DNA of 42,236 nucleotides from contig JAGCWB010000108.1 in NCBI GenBank assembly GCA_017962065.1, positions 1 through 42,236 on the forward strand. The letters are read 5' to 3'. The stretch comes from Bacteroidales bacterium (lineage in GTDB: Bacteria; Bacteroidota; Bacteroidia; Bacteroidales; UBA932). The translations under genes and the position numbers were made by a program. How positions within the stretch are numbered: the stretch's first letter is position 1; each line of letters begins with the position of its first letter. Shown piece by piece: positions 1 through 9,254 of this stretch. The notes beneath the pieces are model-generated. The model saw nothing but the letters and a program-made list of their open reading frames with translations, ran no database searches and had not been told where the DNA came from.

Positions 1-393
1 AAGGGCATAATGGATAGCGTCGTCATACGTCTTGGGGTCCCGTTGATTGATGTCTACCAGCAGATGGTATGTCTTTACCCGCTGCAGGCTGTCCGCCACC
101 GGATCCTGGTTGTCCAGTACCGCCAGACAGTACTCCTGCGCCTTGGCAAGGTCTTCCTTTGAGCCACCGGCCAGATACACCTGCGCGCGCATCCAGTTGG
201 CATAGTTGACATCGGCCACGCCTCTCATCTGGGCGGTGTCCACCATGGCAAGTGCGTGTTCGGGCTCCTCCAAGAGGTAGTGGCGGATACTTTCCCATTG
301 GTAGCGGCTGTCATCGGCCGTATCCTGTATCTGTTCAGGCTGGGCGCAGCAAAGGATGGCGGCTGCGGTAAGAAAGACGAATAATTGCTTCAT
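1..393 (-). CDS. 5' part of a signal-peptide, helical-repeat (TPR-like) protein, probably a membrane-spanning AraC-type one-component regulator; runs off the window
   Basis: Not in the ORF track. Read by hand from ATG at 393, open to position 1: MKQLFVFLTAAAILCCAQPEQIQDTADDSRYQWESIRHYLLEEPEHALAMVDTAQMRGVADVNYANWMRAQVY... A -7 element (TATCTTTG, minus strand, 413-420) lies upstream. The AraC domain is inferred and lies outside the window. Confidence 0.7.
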   Translation of the reverse strand, partial: MKQLFVFLTAAAILCCAQPEQIQDTADDSRYQWESIRHYLLEEPEHALAMVDTAQMRGVADVNYANWMRAQVYLAGGSKEDLAKAQEYCLAVLDNQDPVADSLQRVKTYHLLVDINQRDPKTYDDAIHYAL

Positions 394-412
394 AACAGGC
401 ATTTTGCAGTTG

Positions 413-501
413 CAAAGATACGAAAAATAGTGATTTGTGCGCCAGGAGGACAAAGTTGTGCGCCGTGAGAACATCCCTTTTACGGACGCAGCTTACCTTT
501 G
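413..501. promoter_or_regulatory. Divergent Bacteroidetes promoters with a tandem operator
   Basis: Minus-strand TATCTTTG at 413-420 and plus-strand TACCTTTG at 494-501. Direct repeat TTGTGCGCCAGGAGGACA (435-452) / TTGTGCGCCGTGAGAACA (456-473), 15/18 identical, 21-bp period. Confidence 0.7.
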
Positions 502-521
502 CAACAGAAAGTTTCGGAAAA

Positions 522-722
522 GTGAACGCATTCTCCTTCATATTGGCGGTTGCCCTTTCAACGGTAGTAAGCCTTCTTATCATCGGCCTGATGCTGGGCG
601 TGATGTATTACCGCTGGCGCACGCGGGAACTGATGGGGGGAATCAAGGATTTCATTGAACGGAACTGGAAACTGGAAAAAGAAATCAACCAATTACTGAA
701 AAACAATCAACCAAATAAATAG
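522..722 (+). CDS. Small single-pass membrane protein (~66 aa) with a C-terminal coiled-coil
   Basis: Lies within ORF 435..722. GTG at 522 is downstream of the -7 element. A hydrophobic helix (FSFILAVALSTVVSLLIIGLMLGVMYY) is followed by RWRTR and an amphipathic tail. The stop is 7 nt before the next ATG. Confidence 0.6.
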   Translation: MNAFSFILAVALSTVVSLLIIGLMLGVMYYRWRTRELMGGIKDFIERNWKLEKEINQLLKNNQPNK

Positions 723-729
723 TAGTGTT

Positions 730-1302
730 ATGAAAAAAACTATGATGACGCTCGCAGCCGTCCTTTGCTGCGCCCTGGCTTTTACCTCCTGTCAAAAAGA
801 CAACACCCCCGGCGGCGACACCCCTTCCGGTGACGAACCCGACACCAAGATTGCCAAAGTGGTGGTGGAGTACCATTTCCAGACCACTGACGCTATGCTT
901 CAGTACTTTGACTTCAATCTGGAGTTCCTGGATGCCTCCAACGGTTCCAAGGTGAGCGAGAAGATTGCCACGGCCGATTTCAAGAAGGAGTACACAGACG
1001 TGAAACTTCCGCTGGATATGGGCTTCAACCTTACCACTACCCTCAAGGCCGGAAAGACCATCGAGGATGTGAAGGCGGTGGAAACGATGGATTATATCCT
1101 TCCGTCCCCTTCGGCCTGGATCTCTTTTTACAACAAGGCCGGCAAGCTGATTGGCGAAGGCGGACTCCGCGTAACCGTCTCGGGCCCCATACCCTCGAGC
1201 GGTACTAAGGTTGCTCAGCGCTTTGAAGACAACCTTTTCAACAAGTCCTATTTAGAGTCCGTGGATGCCAACGGTAACGGCAAATCCGGCGAATGGAAAT
1301 AA
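730..1302 (+). CDS. Hypothetical lipoprotein (190 aa)
   Basis: Signal peptide II (ALAFTSC) followed by an acidic linker (QKDNTPGGDTPSGDEPD); beta-rich body. Confidence 0.85.
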   Translation: MKKTMMTLAAVLCCALAFTSCQKDNTPGGDTPSGDEPDTKIAKVVVEYHFQTTDAMLQYFDFNLEFLDASNGSKVSEKIATADFKKEYTDVKLPLDMGFNLTTTLKAGKTIEDVKAVETMDYILPSPSAWISFYNKAGKLIGEGGLRVTVSGPIPSSGTKVAQRFEDNLFNKSYLESVDANGNGKSGEWK

Positions 1303-1321
1303 CCCTTAAACCCTTGATATT

Positions 1322-1708
1322 ATGAAAAAGTTTTTTGCCATTGTGGCCGCAATGATGGCCCTTCTGATCTCCTCCTGCCAGCCCTACGAGACGGGTACCG
1401 TTATGTACCACGTCAAAATTGACGAAAGCTTCTTTGACAATATGGACATCCTTGCCTACGGCATAGACGAGGGCTTCGCCAAGGCCGGCCTCACCAAGAT
1501 GGATGTTGGCGCGCACTATTGGACTCTGCAAGGCAAGAAGAACGCCTGCAACAAGAAGGCTTCCGACGCTTTCCTCTCCCGCTGCCAGGCTATCGACAAT
1601 GACCGTTCCCTGCTCACTCTTCCTCTGGACCTCAAGGGTGTAAAGGTCACGCTCATTTACACTTATAGTGGTGACCACGAGCTGGCTTCATACACTTTCC
1701 AGAAATAA
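1322..1708 (+). CDS. Hypothetical lipoprotein (128 aa)
   Basis: Lipobox LLISSC; co-oriented, 19 nt after the previous gene. Confidence 0.85.
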   Translation: MKKFFAIVAAMMALLISSCQPYETGTVMYHVKIDESFFDNMDILAYGIDEGFAKAGLTKMDVGAHYWTLQGKKNACNKKASDAFLSRCQAIDNDRSLLTLPLDLKGVKVTLIYTYSGDHELASYTFQK

Positions 1709-1715
1709 AAGTAAT

Positions 1716-1746
1716 TTTGCTATTTCGGGATTTTGACCTATCTTTG
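1716..1746 (+). promoter_or_regulatory. sigma-A promoter of tRNA-Leu
   Basis: TTTG (1716-1719) - N19 - TATCTTTG (1739-1746), matching the Bacteroidetes -33/-7 consensus. Confidence 0.8.
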
Positions 1747-1758
1747 CAGTCCCTACCA

Positions 1759-1842
1759 GCCCGGATGGCGGAATTGGTAGACGCGCTGGACTCAAAATCC
1801 TGTGGTAGCAATACCGTGCGGGTTCGATTCCCGCTCTGGGCA
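1759..1842 (+). tRNA. tRNA-Leu (anticodon CAA)
   Basis: Acceptor stem GCCCGGA/TCTGGGC with discriminator A, D-loop GGAATTGGTAGAC, anticodon loop CT-CAA-AA, long variable arm, T-loop GGTTCGATTCC. CCA is not encoded. Confidence 0.95.
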
Positions 1843-1844
1843 CG

Positions 1845-1874
1845 AAGGATGTCATTCTATGGCATCCTTTTTCT
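1845..1874. terminator. Intrinsic terminator between the tRNA and the convergent PUL-1
   Basis: AAGGATGTC-attctat-GGCATCCTT followed by a T-run. Confidence 0.7.
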
Positions 1875-1892
1875 GTTAAGTAAATTCAGAGT

Positions 1893-3596
1893 CTACCAGA
1901 CCACCACGTTTTTGCGTTCGGCAACGATGTGGCCTTTGTACTCGTTGAGCTCGGCGCCGGCGGGGAGTTCCACCACCAGGATAGCCGTATCGGCCGGAAT
2001 ATCCAGCGAAACAATGCCGGAAACGCCTTTTGTGAGGTAATTACAGCTAACTACATCAAACAGATCCGCCTTGGTGGCAGGATAATAGGACACCGTGCGC
2101 GTTTCCTCGTACGGGTTGTACAGCAGGTGCACCGGATATGGACGGGCGGCATAAAAGTCCGTGGCATTGCAATCCAGGGACAGGACCCCCTCCACATCGG
2201 TGGTGCTGATAATGGAGCCGAAAATCCCCACCGGCGATGTGCTGTAGAGGCTGAACATGGTCATGGGCGGGTTGCCGGAGAACCAGGACGGGCCATCGCC
2301 CTCCGCCACCGGAACGGCGTTCATTTTTCCATATCGATCCGTTTTGCGCAAGCCTTCATAGCCGATGATGCCATGCGTAATGTCCTTGATATCGGCACAG
2401 GCCTGATGGGCATCGTCTATCTCATTGGGGAAAAACAGACGGCTGGCACTGGCATTGTTGAGCATCCACTTGCCAATGGCGCGGGCAAACTTGGGCTCGT
2501 ACTTTACCATGGGAACCAGCGGCCAGGCCATCTCGTAGGAGTTCATCTGGAAGGCGTATCCGCCCCCGTCGGTAATGCTCCCCTGCAGTCCATAGACATC
2601 GTAGGGCCCCCATTTATCCACAATCACGCCCCAGCCCCTCCGGCCGTTGGAACGATTCCCGTCAAAGGTCCATTCCAGGATTTGCTTCACGTTGAAGGAC
2701 TTGTCCTGCGTGGCGTTCAGATAAGCGGCAGCATATGCGCCAAACGGCAGCAGAATTTCATAGAACCGGCTTTCTGTCAGGTTGTCCAACACCGTAACCG
2801 CATTGATGGCCCGTTCCAGGTAACGCTCGTCGCCAAATTTATTGTAGGCCTGCAGGAGGACGTATGCATGCCCTGCGGCGGCATCCTCCTGCTTGGGAAC
2901 ATTGGTATTGAACCCGTGCATAGAGTAGTAGTTGAAGAAGGTGTAGCTGTAGTTGCTGCCCAGGGTTTCATCAGCCTTGGCAAACTGGTCTGCCACCGAG
3001 CGCTGGATGTCATCGGCACCGTCCAACCCCGGGAAAATGTCGCAGACACCATAGTAAAGCAGATTGGGAAGCACATTGTACCACCAGTCCGTGGCAGATC
3101 CGGATGTGTTGTTGAGCATAATGTTCCAGCGGTCGGCCACCGAGAAATAGTTCTGCAGCATCTTGGGGTAGTTGTACCCGTCCTGCCGGGTCTTGTCAAT
3201 CCCCACCAGACCGGCGCCCATAACGGCGGCGATGGTGTTGATGCCCTCGTGCGAACCGCCCCCTCCCTGCCGGGCGTCACCGACCGTGGTCTTGAGGCCG
3301 AATGTCTCCTGGTCCACATTCTTGCGGGTGTTGTCCAGCCAGATCAGCGGCCGGACATCATCTTTCGCCGTCCAGTCAAATACGTAGGCATCGTAATCCA
3401 GGGCTTTTTGCTTCCAATCCAGCATCTTGTACCCCTCGGGGATGTTGGGCATGGCGATAATCCGGTTGATGCTTACCTGCGGGAACGAGATTCCCAGTAC
3501 AGCCTCGGTATACTCGGCATCTCCGGGCGTATCCTGATGGGGGGTGCGGCAGGCTGCCAAAAGCAGCAGGGCCACAAGCGGGGCAAACTTTTTCAT
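1893..3596 (-). CDS. Uncharacterised PUL lipoprotein B (567 aa), putative (alpha/alpha)6-like glycoside hydrolase; paralog of 9238..10965
   Basis: Lipobox LLLAAC. Shares motifs with the paralog: WKQKALD, DWWY, DAAxGHA, RFYEILLP, GLQGS, YEGLR, GDGP, FSLYS. Confidence 0.8.
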   Translation of the reverse strand: MKKFAPLVALLLLAACRTPHQDTPGDAEYTEAVLGISFPQVSINRIIAMPNIPEGYKMLDWKQKALDYDAYVFDWTAKDDVRPLIWLDNTRKNVDQETFGLKTTVGDARQGGGGSHEGINTIAAVMGAGLVGIDKTRQDGYNYPKMLQNYFSVADRWNIMLNNTSGSATDWWYNVLPNLLYYGVCDIFPGLDGADDIQRSVADQFAKADETLGSNYSYTFFNYYSMHGFNTNVPKQEDAAAGHAYVLLQAYNKFGDERYLERAINAVTVLDNLTESRFYEILLPFGAYAAAYLNATQDKSFNVKQILEWTFDGNRSNGRRGWGVIVDKWGPYDVYGLQGSITDGGGYAFQMNSYEMAWPLVPMVKYEPKFARAIGKWMLNNASASRLFFPNEIDDAHQACADIKDITHGIIGYEGLRKTDRYGKMNAVPVAEGDGPSWFSGNPPMTMFSLYSTSPVGIFGSIISTTDVEGVLSLDCNATDFYAARPYPVHLLYNPYEETRTVSYYPATKADLFDVVSCNYLTKGVSGIVSLDIPADTAILVVELPAGAELNEYKGHIVAERKNVVVW

Positions 3597-3616
3597 CGGT
3601 CTGTATTTAATATTGG

Positions 3617-3648
3617 AAGCAGGCGGCAGGGTCAGCCACCGCCTGCTT
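3617..3648 (-). promoter_or_regulatory. Intra-operon hairpin (partial terminator or mRNA stabiliser)
   Basis: AAGCAGGCGG...CCGCCTGCTT, a perfect 10-bp stem between the LamG gene and the last PUL gene. Confidence 0.55.
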
Positions 3649-3658
3649 AAAGGTGGAT

Positions 3659-4711
3659 TTACTTCTGATCGTTGTACAGTTTGGTCACCTGACCCTGGCT
3701 CAGAGCCACGTTGTACACGGCCAGCTCATCGATAGCGCCATGGAAGTAGGCATCCCAAGCGCTGATTTCAGCGTGTTCGGGACCGCGCTTCATGTTGATG
3801 GTCTCGTCGGAGCCGATGGCCAGTTCTACGTTCTCCTGGCTGAGGCCGGCGATGACAGAGCCCTTGCCGTGCTTGCCATCGTGGTCGGTACCGGCCCAGG
3901 TCTTGGTGAGGGCGCCGTTGACATACATGTTGATGTCACCGGTCTCGTTGGTCCAGGTAACTACCAGGTGAGCCCATTTGCCAACCTCTACGGAACCGTC
4001 GGTCTCGTTGTCCATGTCAGTGATACCCTTGTCGGTAGCCAGGGTGAGGAAAGGCTTGCCGCCATCCTGGGTCTGGAATTTCCATACATGCCAGGTCTGG
4101 AGGGAGATGATGTAGTTGGAAGCACGGAGTTCATCGGGCTTCACCCAGCAGGAGATGGACAGGGCCTTGATGCCGGTGAGGGCGCTGGGAACATAGTCGG
4201 CGATGGACAGATGGGAAGCGTCTGCAAAGTGCAGGGCCTTGCCAACCTTACCGTTTACAAACTCGGGGAGTTTGGTATCCGGGAAGAGTTCCTCGGCACC
4301 TTCCTCGAGAGTAGCTGTCCAGGTGTACTTGCCGGTAGTCTTCAGCTCAGTACCCTCTCCTTCGTCAAAGCTGAGGGCGAAGATGATGGAATCGGCCTTG
4401 ATGGCATCTACGGCAGACTCCTCGAAGGTTTTCTTGGCGTCATTCAGACGGGTGATGAGGCTGGTCACAGCGGCCTGGGTCTGGGCGCTGGCGACAGCGG
4501 TCTTCACATCGGCGATCACTTTCTTGAATGCGTCGATGGAGGCCTGGGGATATTGGGCGGTAGTAGCGCCATTGACCAGGGTCTCGCACTGGGAGATGAG
4601 GGCGTTGATCTCGGTGAGGTCTACGCTGGGCTTGGAGGGGGTGTCATTCTTTTTGCAGGAAACTGCCAGAATGGCGACTGCAGCCACGAAAAGTGCAATA
4701 AACTTTTTCAT
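3659..4711 (-). CDS. Surface glycan-binding lipoprotein (N-terminal helical bundle plus LamG/ConA-like domain)
   Basis: Lipobox ILAVSC-KKND. LamG motifs ISCWVKP, WAHLVVTW, MYVNG, FHGAIDELAVYNVALS. Located immediately after susD. Confidence 0.85.
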   Translation of the reverse strand: MKKFIALFVAAVAILAVSCKKNDTPSKPSVDLTEINALISQCETLVNGATTAQYPQASIDAFKKVIADVKTAVASAQTQAAVTSLITRLNDAKKTFEESAVDAIKADSIIFALSFDEGEGTELKTTGKYTWTATLEEGAEELFPDTKLPEFVNGKVGKALHFADASHLSIADYVPSALTGIKALSISCWVKPDELRASNYIISLQTWHVWKFQTQDGGKPFLTLATDKGITDMDNETDGSVEVGKWAHLVVTWTNETGDINMYVNGALTKTWAGTDHDGKHGKGSVIAGLSQENVELAIGSDETINMKRGPEHAEISAWDAYFHGAIDELAVYNVALSQGQVTKLYNDQK

Positions 4712-4762
4712 TTGTTTTTGGTTTAAAAAGGTTGATACTGTTATTTGGTTTGGTTTAGTAGG

Positions 4763-6178
4763 CTATTTTTTCAACGCGGCGTTGGCGTCGGTCTCAGACT
4801 GCGGAATAGGGAAATAGTAGCGGTCGGAAGGCCAGGCGGCGCTGCCCAAGGCATCGACGGCATAGTCTTTCCCGTAGCGCATCACGTCAAAGAAACGATG
4901 GAATTCAAAGCCCAGTTCACGGCGGCGCTCCACGCGGATAGCATTCCTCAGGGCCGACTGCGTAGCGGCCGTAGTTCCCGCCAGATGGGCGCGGTCGCGG
5001 ACCTCGTCCAGGGCAGCCGCAGCAGCGGCGACATTGGCAGCCGACGCTTCATTAAGGGCCTCGGCCTTCAGGAGCAGCACCTCCGCATAACGGATGCGGT
5101 GCTGGGGAATGACACTCAGGCTCTTGGCCACACCTTCCACTGTTTCTTCATCGTACTTTTTCACCAGGTATCCGGTCACATTGCCCCAGGACTCGTCAAA
5201 GACGGTTCCGTTGAACCAGGGCTCACCGTCGCGGCCGATGGAAGCATCCAGGCGCGGGTCGGTATCCCCCAGCACAGTGGTCTCATTGAAGCAATCCACA
5301 AACGACTGGGTGGGCTGGTTGAAGTGATAGCCTCCTTCTTCGACAGCCGGGGAAAACCACACGTTCAGGTTGTTACCGCGATTGGCGGTAGTACTGCTGA
5401 GGTAGCGGATGGCGAAAACGCATTCTGTGCTGGCTTCAGCGCCGCTACAGAAGAGGTCGGCATATTCAGGTTCCAGGCTGTAATCGTTAAGCGCTTCAAA
5501 CGCGTCGACAGCAGCAAGAGCCTCTGTCCATTTCTGCTGGAACACTTTACTCTTGGCCAGGAGGGCATATGCGGCGCCTTTGGTAGCCCGGCCGTTCTTG
5601 TTCTGGTTGAGACCGGCGGCTGCATCGGTGAGGTCCTCGTCAATCCGGGCGTAGATATCGGCTACTGAGCTTAGGCCCACATGAATGTTTTCCGAGGTAT
5701 TCTGCGGCTTGGTCTTCAGGGGAACGGAGCCGAAGATGTTCACCAGATTGAAGTAAGAATATGCGCGGAGGAACTTGGCTTCACCCAGCAGGCGGGCTTC
5801 CAGGGCGGCATCCAGCTTCATGCCGGGAATATTGGCAATCACGTTGTTGGCGCGGTTGATGGTCTCGTAGGTATCCTGCCAGAACACGGCCACAGAACCG
5901 TTGTCGGTGGTGGCGTTGAGCTCGTCCATCTCGTTGATCTGGGGCTGATCGCCATCGTCGCCGCCTTTCACGGAGTCGTCGGAGGCCACGTCGCCGAACA
6001 TCCACAGGTTATTGTCGTACAAGGAGTTGTAGATAGCGTTTACCGCCATCTCCGCCTTGCTGGCCGATGTATAATAGTTCTCGGATGAGTAAGCGCCCTT
6101 GAGGCCCTCGTTAAGGAACTTTTCGCAGGAAGCGGTGGTAAGGACGACCGCAGCCAGTAAGATAATTCTCGCTTTCAT
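4763..6178 (-). CDS. susD: SusD/RagB family lipoprotein
   Basis: Lipobox TTASC; GEAKFLRAYSYFNLV, RATKGAAYALLAK, RYAEVLLLKAEA, ERRRELGFE, YFPIPQSE. Confidence 0.95.
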   Translation of the reverse strand: MKARIILLAAVVLTTASCEKFLNEGLKGAYSSENYYTSASKAEMAVNAIYNSLYDNNLWMFGDVASDDSVKGGDDGDQPQINEMDELNATTDNGSVAVFWQDTYETINRANNVIANIPGMKLDAALEARLLGEAKFLRAYSYFNLVNIFGSVPLKTKPQNTSENIHVGLSSVADIYARIDEDLTDAAAGLNQNKNGRATKGAAYALLAKSKVFQQKWTEALAAVDAFEALNDYSLEPEYADLFCSGAEASTECVFAIRYLSSTTANRGNNLNVWFSPAVEEGGYHFNQPTQSFVDCFNETTVLGDTDPRLDASIGRDGEPWFNGTVFDESWGNVTGYLVKKYDEETVEGVAKSLSVIPQHRIRYAEVLLLKAEALNEASAANVAAAAAALDEVRDRAHLAGTTAATQSALRNAIRVERRRELGFEFHRFFDVMRYGKDYAVDALGSAAWPSDRYYFPIPQSETDANAALKK

Positions 6179-6182
6179 GGAC

Positions 6183-9100
6183 TTAGAATGTTAAGTTAAG
6201 ACCAAATGTTACGCTCTTGGCCACCGGGTAATTACCCCAGTCGATACCGTTGGCGCGGTCGCCTTCGGAGGTGGAGTTGGCATTGACTGTCATTTCCGGA
6301 TCCAGGCCGCTGTATCGGGTGATGGTGAAGAGGTTGGAAGCCGAAACGTAGAATCTCAGGTTGGAGATTTTAGCCTTCTCCGGCAACGGCAGGGTGTAGC
6401 CAAACTGGATGTTCTTCAAGCGCAGGTAGGAGCCGTCTTCTAGGAAGCGCGTAGACACCTTGCGGTTCTGGGTGGCGCCCCAGGCGGCACGGGGCTGCGT
6501 GGTGGACGGGTTGCTCTCCGTCCAATGCTCGTTGAAATACCGCAGCGTTGTAGGAAAGCCCCTGTAGAAGCCTTCAGAGTCGTTCAGATACTGGATGTAA
6601 ATCTTCTGGCCAAAAGCGCCCTGGAAGAACAGGGAAAGGTCGAAGTTTCTCCAGTTGGCCGACAGGTTGAGACCGGTGGTAAACTTAGGAATGGCGCTGC
6701 CCACGAAGGTGCGGTCACGGTCGTCAATGATTCCGTCTTCGTTGATGTCGGCGTAGCGGACGTCTCCGGGCTTGGTGTTGTCGCCCTGGTAAGCAGCCAG
6801 GAGGATTTCACTCTCGTTCTGGAAAATACCCTCCATCTTGTACATATAGAATGAGCCGATAGGCTGGCCCACCTCCGTACGGGTAGCGTACACCTTGTCG
6901 TTCACCAGGCCGCCGTACATGGGTGACACCAGGCTGAGGACACGGTTGTGCAGATAGCCGCCGTTCCAGGTGACATCTAACCCCCAGTCGCCCCACTGCT
7001 TGCGATAGTACAGTTCCAGGTCGACACCGGTGTTGAGCACGCTGCCATTATTGATCCACGGCGTGGCGGTGTGACCGACAGAAGCGGGCAGGGATTCCTG
7101 CACCAGCATGTCGCTGGTCACTTTGTAATAGTAATCCACCGAAGCCCCGAGGCTTCCGTCCAGCACTTCCAGGTCGATACCGGCATTGAACTGGCGGGAG
7201 GTTTCCCACTTGAGGTTCTCATTGCCCAGGGTGGTCTGTGCGTAACCATCCACAGCGCCACCACCAATGTTATAATAGTATTTGCCGGAGTAACGGTCGG
7301 CATAGGCATACAGGCCGATATTCTGGTTGCCGATGGCACCGTAACCTACACGGAGTTTCAGTTTGCTGAGCCAGCGGACATCCTTCAGGAAGGCTTCCTG
7401 GTCGGCATTCCAACCGGCGGAAACGGAGTAGAAAGTTCCCCATCGATGACCCGGGCTGAAGCGGGAGGAACCATCCTCACGCAGGATGCCGGACACGTAA
7501 TAGCGGCTTCCGAAGTTGTAGTTGGCGCTGGCAAAGAAGGAAAGGAGAGCCGAACCGGCCGCACCGTTATTGGCGTTCAGGGCACCCTGTCCCAGGCCGA
7601 TGTACAACAGGTCGGGATCGTTGCCGGCAAAAGCCTCGTTGCTGGCGGCGATGACCGTCTCACTGTTCTTGATAGCCTCTACGCCCACCAGGTAGGAAAC
7701 GTGGTGCTCGCCAAAGTCCATCAGGTGATTGAAGGTGCTGTTCACCGTCCAGTTGAGATTCTGGTTGGTGCGCACGGTGAGACCGTTGGTGGAATTGATT
7801 CGCTTCTCGGTACCCCAGGTGCGGTTGAACAGGCGGAAGTCGTTGGTGCGGAAATCCACGCCCAAGGTAGTCTTCCAGAAAATGTTCTTGGTAAAGTTAA
7901 TCTGGATATTACCGGTTGCCAGAAGGGTCTTTGTCTTGTTGGTACGGTCCGTATATTCCGCCAGGCCTTCCGGGCTGTAACCATTGCCGAAGAAAGAGTT
8001 GTACAAGGCATTGCCATAGTACTCGGACGGGGAATCCACGTAATTGCCATTTTGGTCATAGACGGGGATGGCCGGGTTGCGGAACAAGGCGTAGCGAACT
8101 ACAGAGCCGCCCTGGTCATTGTTATAACCGTCACCGGAGCTGGCCAGCAGGCGGTTGTTGGACAGGGAGCCCGTCACATTGAGACCCACCTTGAGCCACT
8201 CCTTCACCTGGGAATTCACGCTGGCGCGGATATTGGCGCGGTTGTAGCTGGAATGGCGGATAATACCTTGCTGGTCAAAGTAGGAGGCCGACACCAGATA
8301 CTGGGTCTTGGCCGTACCGCCGCTCACGGACAACTCGTGCTGGTGGATGGGAGCCACGCGGAAAATCTGTTCCAGGTGGTTCACATTCGCAAAGTCTTTC
8401 AGGTACTCCCCTTCAATGAACTGACGCTGAATGGCAGAGGCGGAATTGTCGTTACGCGTAGCCTCGTTGTACAGGGAAATGTACTGCTCGGTGTTGGTCA
8501 TCTTGGGCAGGGCGCCGTGGAACTGTACGCCGGCCTGCATGTTATAGGAAACCTTGGCACTGCCTTCCTTACCGCTTTTGGTGGTGATGAGTACAACACC
8601 ATTGGTAGCGCGGGAGCCATAAATGGCCGCGGAGGAGGCGTCCTTCAGGACGGTGATTTCGTCGATATCGCTGGCTGCGAGGGTGTTCAAGGCCCCTTCC
8701 ACCGGGATACCATCGACAATATACAACGGTTCGTTGCTGGAGGAGATGGAACCGGTACCACGGACACGGACAGAAACACCGGCACCCGGCGCACCGGTCT
8801 CGGTGCTGACGTTCACACCGGCGATACGTCCCTGCAGGGACTGCTGTACGGAGGATACCGGCACTTTGGCAAGTTCCTTGCCGCCCACCTTGCTCACAGC
8901 ACCCAGGACGTCGCGGCGCTTCATCACGGAATAACCCACCACCACTACTTCGTCCAGGAATTCGCTGTCCTCTTCCAGGAGAATGTCAATGACGCTGCGG
9001 CCATCCACCGGAACGCTTACGGTCCGGAAGCCGATGCAGTCATACACGAGGGTGGCGCCTGTGGGCACGCCCGAGAGGACGTAGGCACCGTCGATGTCGG

Positions 9101-9254
9101 TAATGGTACCCGTTGTGGTGCCCTGCACCATCACGCTGGCGCCGATTACAGGTTCTCCGGTGGCGGCTTCCTTCACCGTTCCCCGTACGCTGTTCTGCGC
9201 AAAGAGGGAAAGCGGGAGGAGCAGTCCTACCAGGATGTTAATTAGCTTTTTCAT
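6183..9254 (-). CDS. susC: SusC/RagA TonB-dependent transporter
   Basis: LDEVVVVGY, plug motif VLKDASSAAIYGSRATNGVVLITTK, C-terminal GLNLTF. Start taken at ATG 9254. Confidence 0.96.
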   Translation of the reverse strand: MKKLINILVGLLLPLSLFAQNSVRGTVKEAATGEPVIGASVMVQGTTTGTITDIDGAYVLSGVPTGATLVYDCIGFRTVSVPVDGRSVIDILLEEDSEFLDEVVVVGYSVMKRRDVLGAVSKVGGKELAKVPVSSVQQSLQGRIAGVNVSTETGAPGAGVSVRVRGTGSISSSNEPLYIVDGIPVEGALNTLAASDIDEITVLKDASSAAIYGSRATNGVVLITTKSGKEGSAKVSYNMQAGVQFHGALPKMTNTEQYISLYNEATRNDNSASAIQRQFIEGEYLKDFANVNHLEQIFRVAPIHQHELSVSGGTAKTQYLVSASYFDQQGIIRHSSYNRANIRASVNSQVKEWLKVGLNVTGSLSNNRLLASSGDGYNNDQGGSVVRYALFRNPAIPVYDQNGNYVDSPSEYYGNALYNSFFGNGYSPEGLAEYTDRTNKTKTLLATGNIQINFTKNIFWKTTLGVDFRTNDFRLFNRTWGTEKRINSTNGLTVRTNQNLNWTVNSTFNHLMDFGEHHVSYLVGVEAIKNSETVIAASNEAFAGNDPDLLYIGLGQGALNANNGAAGSALLSFFASANYNFGSRYYVSGILREDGSSRFSPGHRWGTFYSVSAGWNADQEAFLKDVRWLSKLKLRVGYGAIGNQNIGLYAYADRYSGKYYYNIGGGAVDGYAQTTLGNENLKWETSRQFNAGIDLEVLDGSLGASVDYYYKVTSDMLVQESLPASVGHTATPWINNGSVLNTGVDLELYYRKQWGDWGLDVTWNGGYLHNRVLSLVSPMYGGLVNDKVYATRTEVGQPIGSFYMYKMEGIFQNESEILLAAYQGDNTKPGDVRYADINEDGIIDDRDRTFVGSAIPKFTTGLNLSANWRNFDLSLFFQGAFGQKIYIQYLNDSEGFYRGFPTTLRYFNEHWTESNPSTTQPRAAWGATQNRKVSTRFLEDGSYLRLKNIQFGYTLPLPEKAKISNLRFYVSASNLFTITRYSGLDPEMTVNANSTSEGDRANGIDWGNYPVAKSVTFGLNLTF

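Noticed and set aside
1717-2040. 107-aa ORF
   Set aside because: Overlaps tRNA-Leu and the 3' end of a convergent gene.
1929-9245. Long plus-strand ORFs (1929..3650, 3653..4726, 4745..5668, 7071..9245) and similar ORFs opposite other genes
   Set aside because: Antisense shadows of well-supported minus-strand genes, expected from GC-rich codon bias; they carry no protein motifs.
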